Assembly: GCA_002952755.1 (NCBI GenBank)
Contig: CP025011.1
Coordinates: 690,001 to 722,000 of the forward strand
Direction: 5' to 3'
Source of the DNA: Candidatus Saccharimonadota bacterium
Lineage (GTDB): Bacteria > Patescibacteriota > Saccharimonadia > Saccharimonadales > UBA4665
DNA length: 32,000 nucleotides
Shown here: positions 26,159-32,000 of the stretch, piece after piece
Numbering within the stretch: the stretch's first letter is position 1
How the letters are laid out: the number at the start of each line of letters is the position of its first letter
Made by a program: the position numbers and the translations under genes
The notes under the pieces: model-generated
What the model saw: the letters and a program-made list of their open reading frames with translations, nothing else
Database searches by the model: none
Told to the model about the DNA's origin: nothing

Positions 26159-26269
26159 TGTTAGATAATCACCCCCTCAGAAAAACAGAGTCAGGCGTAG
26201 TGCAGCCAGACCGACGTAAGTCGGCCTGCGCGTAACGCTCTGTTTTTCTGAGGGGGTGATTATCTAACA
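26159..26269. repeat. Giant hairpin element, copy 1: 32-bp perfect stem plus 47-nt conserved apical core
   Basis: Bases 26159-26190 are exactly complementary to 26238-26269. The core (26191-26237) contains CCGAC-GTAA-GTCGG. The core is 40/47 identical to that of the element at 30165-30269. Confidence 0.95.
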
Positions 26270-26375
26270 GGCGCCATTCCTCGGCAATGTTATAGAACTC
26301 AAGCTGTTTTCGCCCACTTGCCAATGCTATTATAAGAGTATTGAGACTTCGGGGTATGATCTGGCGATCAGTGGA

Positions 26376-26384
26376 TGCTACACA
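26376..26384 (+). promoter_or_regulatory. Variant extended -10-like box TGCTACACA upstream of dnaE
   Basis: It shares TGCTACA with the other boxes but ends in A rather than T. It lies 30 nt upstream of the ATG at 26415, with AAAGGG as a possible SD. Confidence 0.25.
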
Positions 26385-26414
26385 CGAGGCTAGATATCTA
26401 AAAGGGTAGTTGGT

Positions 26415-29400
26415 ATGGAAAGAATAAAAGAGAAGAAAACACACCCACAGACGCTCTCACCCAGCGATTATGTGCATTTGCACAACCATACTCAGTACAG
26501 TCTTTTGGATGGGCTGACAAAGGTAGGCGGCCTGGTACAATATGTAAAAGAGTCCGGTATGGTAGCCGTAGCCCAGACCGACCACGGCACACTTTCCGGC
26601 AACATCGAATTTTATAAAGAGGCCGTTGCTAATGGCGTAAAACCGCTGCTAGGGATGGAGGCGTATGTCGCTGCGCGGACCATTGCCGACAAAGAGCCTG
26701 GTAAAGACAAAGTATATTATCACCTGATTTTGATCGCCATGAATAACACTGGCTACCAAAATCTGATGCGCCTGAGCACCATTGCCAATCTAGAGGGTGT
26801 GTACTATAAACCCCGCATCGACCACATCTTGCTGGAGAAGTATAGCGAGGGCCTGATCGTCGTTAGTGGTTGTATCGGTGGCGAAATTGGCGATGCTGTT
26901 CGCCAGGGTCAGTATGATAAAGCAATCGAGACAGCCAAATGGTATAAAAAGGTATTTGGCGATCGCTACTATGTAGAGGTGCAAGATCACGGTCATCCCG
27001 ATCACCCCAGTAAGTGGGACGAGCAGGTCCAGGTGAATGAGCAATTGCTCAAACTGGCGAAAGAGCTGGATATCCCGCCAGTAGTTACTTGCGACGCGCA
27101 CTACCTCAGCCACGACGACCAAACTGCACATGAAATTCTGCTATGTGTGCAGACCGGCTCTTTCCTAAGCGACGAAAAGCGTATGTCGCTCGCTAATTTC
27201 GAATTACACGTCACCGACCCCAACGATATTATCAAAAGATGGAGCGACTACTGCCCTGAGGCGATTACGAATACTCGCGCGATCGCCGACCGCTGCAATG
27301 TGGAAATTGAACTGGGAAAGATCTTGATTCCTAAATTTCCGGTGCCTGCGGGCGAAGACGAAAAATCATATTTGGATAAGTTAGTTTTTGCGGGGCTCGC
27401 CGAACGCTACAATGGCATCGAGCGCGAAAAGGCCGAAGCAATGAGTATTCCGGAAGTAAAGGCCACGCTTAAGACCGAAGTGCTGGAGCGCGCTGAGTAC
27501 GAACTGAGCGTGATTGATGGCATGGGTTTTAACGGTTACATGCTGATTGTTCAGGACTTTATTAACTGGGGTAAAGACCAGGGAATTATCTTTGGCCCGG
27601 GGCGCGGTTCAGCCGCCGGCTCAATTATTGCCTTCGCGTTGCACATTACCGATCTTGATCCGCTGGCATACGGCCTGCTCTTTGAGCGCTTCCTAAACCC
27701 CGACCGTATCAGCATGCCCGATATTGACGTCGATATTCAGGACACCCGCCGCGATGAGGTAATTCAGTATTGTTCCGAGAAGTATGGCGCCGACCGCGTA
27801 TCAAACATCGTAACCTTTGGTAAGATGGCTGCCCGCGCGGCAGTGCGCGATGTTGCCCGTGTGCTGCAAGTGCCATACGCCGAAGCGGACCATCTGGCCA
27901 AGCTTATTCCCCAGCCAGTACAGGGCAGACACATTCCGCTCAAGGTGAGCATCGAAAAAGATCCGGACTTACGCCGGGAGTATGAGAACGACGAAACTGC
28001 CAAGCGGGTAATTGACTTAGCGATTGCGTTGGAAGGTACCATTCGTAGCCACGGTGTGCACGCTTGTGGTGTGGTGATTGCTCCGGCGGAGCTGGTGCAG
28101 TACGTGCCACTGGAAATGGCCCAAAAAGGAGTGGTTGCAACCCAGTTTTCTATGGGGCAGATCGAAGAACTTGGGCTACTTAAGATGGACTTCCTTGGCC
28201 TTTCAAACTTGACGATCATCAAAAACGCTATGCGCATCATCAAGAGAGTCCACGACATCGACATTGATTTAAATGCCATACCTCTTGACGATCCAGAAAC
28301 TTTTGCCCTGTTAGGCCGCGGCGATACAACCGGTGTATTCCAGTTTGAATCTTCCGGTATGAAGCGCTATTTGCGCGAACTGAAACCCACGGTATTTGAT
28401 GACGTGATCGCTATGGGTGCGCTCTATCGTCCGGGTCCGCTTTCAGCTGGCCTGACAGAGAGTTTTATTAAGCGCAAGAATAATCTGGAAGCCGTGGAGT
28501 ACGCACATCCGCTTATGGAGCCTGCCCTCGGGAGTACCTTTGGCGTGTTGGTATATCAGGAGCAGGTAATGCAGATCTCGCGCGATGTATGCGGTTTTAC
28601 CGGTGGTGAGGCCGACACGCTGCGTAAGGCTATCGGCAAGAAAAAGCTCGATGTTATGGAGAAAATGCAGGTTAAGTTCATCGACGGTGCAGTGGCGAAC
28701 GGCGTGCCAAAGCGAGTGATTGAGAAGTTCTGGAAGGATTTACTGGGGTTCGCCGACTACTGTTTCAACAAGTCACACTCAGCCTGCTATGGTATGACCT
28801 CGTACTGGACGGCATATCTGAAGGCGCACTATCCGTCAGCCTTTATGGCCGCGCTGATGACCAGCGATTTCGACGACACCGACCGCTTAAGTATCGAAAT
28901 ATCGGAATGTCAAAAGATGGGTATCAATGTGCTGCCACCCGACATCAATGAGTCGTTCCATGAGTTTGCTGTGGTGCCAGATAAAAATAATCCGGATAAC
29001 CGTAAGGCTGATATTCGATTTGGTATGGATGCCATCAAAAATGTCGGTACCGGGGCAGCAGATGAGATTATCCGGGCGCGTGATATCGACGGCGGCTTTA
29101 CGAGCCTGGAAGATTTCTTAGGCAAAGCCAATGTCCGCATTGCCAACCGCAAGGCGCTGGAAAGCCTGATTAAGGCCGGAGCATTCGACCGCTACGGCGA
29201 GCGCTCACAACTCTTGCATAACCTGGACGTTATTATCGCCTACGGAAATCGCTTGCAAAAAGAAGCGAGTAGTGGGCAGGTTGATCTGTTTGGTAGCGCC
29301 GACGAGTCGCTACAAATTGCCAAGCCGCAGCTACTGCTTGAGAAAGCTGCCACAGTATTTAACTCGCGCGAGCAGCTACTGTGGGAGCGGGAATTGCTTG

Positions 29401-30107
29401 GACTGTACCTAAGCCAGCATCCGCTGAGTATGTATGCCACTTATTTGGCTGAGCAAACACTGCCCTTAAACGAACTAAAACCCACACATGACGGTAAGGC
29501 GGTTACCATTGGTGGCGGCATCACTGATATGCGCGAGATCACCACTAAAAATGGTGCCAAGATGGCTTTCGTGAAGCTCGAAGATCAGTTTGGGGAGATC
29601 GAGCTCATCCTGTTCCCGAATGCGTACCAACAAACGGCCGGATTATGGGAGCGCGACCGAGTCATTTTATGTCGCGGTAAGGTTTCGGCCAAAGATCGCG
29701 AAGGTAATACTAGCGAAGAATTGAAGATCATGGTAGACGACGCTCGCGAGATCACAGCAGAGCAGGCGCAAGGCTACCAGGAAACGGGGAGGCGCATAAA
29801 AGTCCCGGGTGCTAAACGTTCCGTCGCCGCAGTAACAGCTACACGTAGCAGCGCAGTAAGTGCAAAGCCGATGCCAGTAACACCGCCCCGAGTATATATT
29901 CGCCTCCCCGATGGGAGTGACCAACAAACGCTTTTACATATTAAGCAGGCCCTAGACGATAATAAAGGTGACACTGAGGTCGTGCTGGTGCTCGGTGTTT
30001 CAGAGAGTAAACAAATTATTAAATTGCCCTCCAAAATCAATGCAGGGGAGCCAGTACTTGCCCGGCTGCGCGAAGTCGCTGGCGATACGAACATAAAGAT
30101 CCAATAA
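26415..30107 (+). CDS. dnaE: DNA polymerase III subunit alpha
   Basis: 1230 aa. The PHP domain carries VHLHNHTQYSLLDG. Core motifs are FGPGRGSAAGS and MPDIDVDI, with HhH and OB-fold regions. The C-terminal ~150 aa comprise a low-complexity linker and a small terminal domain. Confidence 0.95.
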   Translation: MERIKEKKTHPQTLSPSDYVHLHNHTQYSLLDGLTKVGGLVQYVKESGMVAVAQTDHGTLSGNIEFYKEAVANGVKPLLGMEAYVAARTIADKEPGKDKVYYHLILIAMNNTGYQNLMRLSTIANLEGVYYKPRIDHILLEKYSEGLIVVSGCIGGEIGDAVRQGQYDKAIETAKWYKKVFGDRYYVEVQDHGHPDHPSKWDEQVQVNEQLLKLAKELDIPPVVTCDAHYLSHDDQTAHEILLCVQTGSFLSDEKRMSLANFELHVTDPNDIIKRWSDYCPEAITNTRAIADRCNVEIELGKILIPKFPVPAGEDEKSYLDKLVFAGLAERYNGIEREKAEAMSIPEVKATLKTEVLERAEYELSVIDGMGFNGYMLIVQDFINWGKDQGIIFGPGRGSAAGSIIAFALHITDLDPLAYGLLFERFLNPDRISMPDIDVDIQDTRRDEVIQYCSEKYGADRVSNIVTFGKMAARAAVRDVARVLQVPYAEADHLAKLIPQPVQGRHIPLKVSIEKDPDLRREYENDETAKRVIDLAIALEGTIRSHGVHACGVVIAPAELVQYVPLEMAQKGVVATQFSMGQIEELGLLKMDFLGLSNLTIIKNAMRIIKRVHDIDIDLNAIPLDDPETFALLGRGDTTGVFQFESSGMKRYLRELKPTVFDDVIAMGALYRPGPLSAGLTESFIKRKNNLEAVEYAHPLMEPALGSTFGVLVYQEQVMQISRDVCGFTGGEADTLRKAIGKKKLDVMEKMQVKFIDGAVANGVPKRVIEKFWKDLLGFADYCFNKSHSACYGMTSYWTAYLKAHYPSAFMAALMTSDFDDTDRLSIEISECQKMGINVLPPDINESFHEFAVVPDKNNPDNRKADIRFGMDAIKNVGTGAADEIIRARDIDGGFTSLEDFLGKANVRIANRKALESLIKAGAFDRYGERSQLLHNLDVIIAYGNRLQKEASSGQVDLFGSADESLQIAKPQLLLEKAATVFNSREQLLWERELLGLYLSQHPLSMYATYLAEQTLPLNELKPTHDGKAVTIGGGITDMREITTKNGAKMAFVKLEDQFGEIELILFPNAYQQTAGLWERDRVILCRGKVSAKDREGNTSEELKIMVDDAREITAEQAQGYQETGRRIKVPGAKRSVAAVTATRSSAVSAKPMPVTPPRVYIRLPDGSDQQTLLHIKQALDDNKGDTEVVLVLGVSESKQIIKLPSKINAGEPVLARLREVAGDTNIKIQ

Positions 30108-30164
30108 TAGGGCGTGCCTGGATAAGAGCCTGTCTACCCGCTAGTTGCTTTTGTGATTAGTTCC

Positions 30165-30269
30165 GATCACCCTGCCTGCTGCCCCAAGGGGAGTCGCGCG
30201 TAGCGCAACCAGACCGACGTAAGTCGGCCTGTGTGAAACGCTCCCCTTGGGGCAGCAGGCAGGGTGATC
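30165..30269. repeat. Giant hairpin element, copy 2: 29-bp perfect stem plus 47-nt conserved apical core
   Basis: Bases 30165-30193 are exactly complementary to 30241-30269. The core (30194-30240) carries the same invariant 23-mer CCAGACCGACGTAAGTCGGCCTG as copy 1. The element lies between the convergent dnaE and NUDIX stops. Confidence 0.95.
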
Positions 30270-30274
30270 ATCTA

Positions 30275-30814
30275 TTAGTTGAGCAATCCGAGATGGTCGA
30301 GTGCCAGAAACGCACCGGCGGTATCAGTCAGCTGACCAGCACGTACTTGGGTGATGAAATCGGCGAGATCGACCAGCTCTACTTCACCAAATTCTGCATC
30401 ATCTAGCTGCGGTTCAGTAACTTTCTTGCAATTTTTTATGATGATGACACTACGATCCATTTGGGTATAGGCGTCACTCTCCCACGTGCCAATCCAATCT
30501 TCGACATCGCCGGCGTAGCCCGTTTCTTCGAGTAATTCGCGGATCGCAGCGTCGCGTGGCGGTTCATTGGCGTTTACCTTGCCGCCGGGTAATTCACGAA
30601 GAATAGTGTTTGGGCCGGGCCGGTACTGCGGGATAGTGATAACTTTGCTGTCGGTAGTAAGCGCGAACACGCAAGCGCCGGCGTCTTCAATGCGCAAGTA
30701 GTAGTCGGCGATCGTACCATTCGGCAAGCGGTAGTCGCGACGCTCAATGGTTTGAGAATATTTGTGGTAAGCGATTTCGCGTTTTAGCTCTTGCCATGTC
30801 TGCGTTTTGGCCAT
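30275..30814 (-). CDS. NUDIX hydrolase (ADP-ribose pyrophosphatase-like)
   Basis: 179 aa with the Nudix box GGKVNANEPPRDAAIRELLEETGY. A strong SD AAGGAGGG lies upstream. Confidence 0.85.
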   Translation of the reverse strand: MAKTQTWQELKREIAYHKYSQTIERRDYRLPNGTIADYYLRIEDAGACVFALTTDSKVITIPQYRPGPNTILRELPGGKVNANEPPRDAAIRELLEETGYAGDVEDWIGTWESDAYTQMDRSVIIIKNCKKVTEPQLDDAEFGEVELVDLADFITQVRAGQLTDTAGAFLALDHLGLLN

Positions 30815-30840
30815 GAACGTACCCTCCTTGTTGAGACCTC

Positions 30841-30849
30841 ATTGTAGCA
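30841..30849 (-). promoter_or_regulatory. Extended -10 box TGCTACAAT for the NUDIX gene
   Basis: The minus strand reads TGCTACAAT, then a 26-nt leader containing AAGGAGGG before the ATG at 30814. Confidence 0.45.
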
Positions 30850-30863
30850 TCATGTTTGGACGG

Positions 30864-31928
30864 CTAGTAGATGAGTCCGGCAGAGCGGGATAAAACGGCG
30901 CCGAGTAGGCCAATTGCCACGAGCACTATGTCGAGCAACTTATGCTTCATGATGAAGGCTTCGCCGCGAACCAGGGTTTTGTGCCAGAGTAATCCATGCC
31001 GCAAGAAGAAGATGGCGAGGCTGACGGTAGCAATTGTGCTGACAGCAAACATACTCCAAGGGGCATTGGCGCCCGAGAGTAGCTGGACGCGGGAAACATC
31101 CTTGCTGGCGACAGTTTTTGGCATACTATTAGCTGCCCCAGGCGTAGTCGTTGTGGTGTTGGTTTCGGGAGCTTTTTTAGCAGGGTTGTCGCTGCTAGCT
31201 GGCGGCGCGGCAGGGTTTGCGGCCGCACTGGGTGCGCTCTGAGCGGGAGCTGGTTGCGTGGCAGGCGTTACTGTTGGTTGATGCGCGGGTGGTGGGGCGT
31301 TAGAAGTCGCAGCTGCAACGCTGGGTTGCGGGCTGCCATATTCAGCAACGACAATTGTCTCCGGCCCGGTACCTTGGTAGTCAGGAGAATTAGCTACGCC
31401 AAAGCCGACATCTGTATACGTTGTATTGAGAATGTTGGCACGGTGCTCGGCGCTATTCATCCAAGCGGTAACCGTGGCATCGCTACTATCGAATCCGTAA
31501 GCTAGGTTTTCGCCTGCAGTCTGATAACTATAGCCAGCGGCGGTAAAGAAAGTCCAGGGCGTGGCGCCGTCGGGCGTGTTGTGCGCCCAGTAATCTCTTG
31601 CGACCATATCATTCGCTTTCGCCTGGGCTGCGCTGGCGAGCTGGTTATTCAGCGCGAGGCTGCCAAGACCATTGCTAGACCGCTGCGCGTTGGTAGTAGT
31701 AGCCAATTCAGCAATGCTCATATCAGTGGCGTAGCCGAGAACGCTTTTATGTATATTGCCCAAAAAGCTATTACAAAAAAGTCCGACGGCCACGATGGCA
31801 ATAATTGGAATATAGGGCCAATAGGTCTTCATATAGTGGTCGTTGCGCTGATGATGCTGACCGCTGCGCCGCTTGTTGTGCGGCGACTTGGTAGAGACTC
31901 GTTTTTTTGATTTTGCTGCAAGAGCCAT
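30864..31928 (-). CDS. CAP/SCP (PR-1-like, YkwD-like) domain membrane protein
   Basis: 354 aa. A basic N-tail and a TM helix precede the CAP domain (AQAKANDMVARDYWAHNTPDG...GENLAYGF...WMNSAEHRANIL...VGFGV). A Pro/Ala/Thr-rich linker and two C-terminal TM helices follow. An alternative start at M33 (31832) is possible. Confidence 0.8.
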   Translation of the reverse strand: MALAAKSKKRVSTKSPHNKRRSGQHHQRNDHYMKTYWPYIPIIAIVAVGLFCNSFLGNIHKSVLGYATDMSIAELATTTNAQRSSNGLGSLALNNQLASAAQAKANDMVARDYWAHNTPDGATPWTFFTAAGYSYQTAGENLAYGFDSSDATVTAWMNSAEHRANILNTTYTDVGFGVANSPDYQGTGPETIVVAEYGSPQPSVAAATSNAPPPAHQPTVTPATQPAPAQSAPSAAANPAAPPASSDNPAKKAPETNTTTTTPGAANSMPKTVASKDVSRVQLLSGANAPWSMFAVSTIATVSLAIFFLRHGLLWHKTLVRGEAFIMKHKLLDIVLVAIGLLGAVLSRSAGLIY

Positions 31929-31937
31929 CTTAATAAA

Positions 31938-31946
31938 AGTGTAGCA
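31938..31946 (-). promoter_or_regulatory. Extended -10 box TGCTACACT, 9 nt upstream of the CAP-protein ATG
   Basis: The minus strand reads TGCTACACT-tttattaag-ATG, with the ATG at 31928. No SD is present. Confidence 0.35.
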
Positions 31947-32000
31947 TACGCCTATGCAAAGCGGCAGTGATACAGCGCCATGGCGGCTGCTTGCACAACG

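Noticed and set aside
26159-26269. Integron attC-like ends on hairpin copy 1. GTTAGAT (26158-26164, one base outside the hairpin base) matches GTTRRRY, and ATCTAAC at 26262-26268 matches RYYYAAC.
   Set aside because: The order is reversed relative to real attC sites, which read RYYYAAC at the 5' end and GTTRRRY at the 3' end. Copy 2 has no such ends (GATCACCC...GGGTGATC). No integron integrase is nearby.
26169-26444. 91-aa minus-strand ORF spanning hairpin copy 1 and the dnaE start.
   Set aside because: The ORF exists only because it reads through the palindrome and the promoter region. It overlaps the dnaE start and has no SD or family signal.
26159-30269. The two hairpin elements as a CRISPR-like array, or as the ends of a composite transposon carrying dnaE.
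   Set aside because: There are only two copies, 4 kb apart, each an internal palindrome of more than 100 nt, so this is not a short-repeat/spacer array. No cas, transposase or recombinase gene is present, no target-site duplication is visible, and the cargo is an essential single-copy-type gene.

Overview
This is a gene-dense window of about 50% GC, mostly housekeeping. I support 31 intact CDS and one nonsense-interrupted gene. I found no rRNA, tRNA, CRISPR array, transposase or integrase.

Gene content, left to right:
- pheT 3' end
- Doc/AbrB-type toxin-antitoxin pair
- GH130/DUF377-like beta-propeller protein
- ROK fructokinase-like gene broken by one in-frame TAA
- two ABC exporters flanking a DUF2207 membrane protein
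- TetR plus ABC-2 efflux operon
- membrane-anchored FKBP isomerase
- tightly packed redox operon: Grx-like, TrxB, cupredoxin, NUDIX and PNPOx-like genes
- TIGR00725/SLOG protein plus an unknown 416-aa protein
- uvrB flanked by unknown proteins
- gatC-gatA-[small TM ORF]-gatB-galU
- DUF948-like and YtxH small membrane proteins
- dnaE
- a second NUDIX gene
- a membrane-anchored CAP/SCP-domain protein

The gene set and compact overlapping operons suggest a small streamlined genome, possibly Patescibacteria/Saccharibacteria-like. That taxon call is low-confidence inference.

The most unusual signal is non-coding. Two giant perfect hairpins (111 nt and 105 nt) bracket dnaE in the same orientation. 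They share a 47-nt apical core (40/47 identical, with an invariant 23-mer forming a GTAA-capped hairpin). Their 29-32 bp stems differ almost completely in sequence yet are each 100% complementary. I cannot assign them to any element family I know.

Secondary observations:
- a recurrent extended -10 box TGCTAYAnT
- three genes whose extended -10 box sits exactly 6 nt upstream of an ATG with no Shine-Dalgarno (SD) sequence, so they are probably leaderless
- an ORF inserted with 4-nt overlaps inside gatCAB
- the in-frame stop in the ROK kinase
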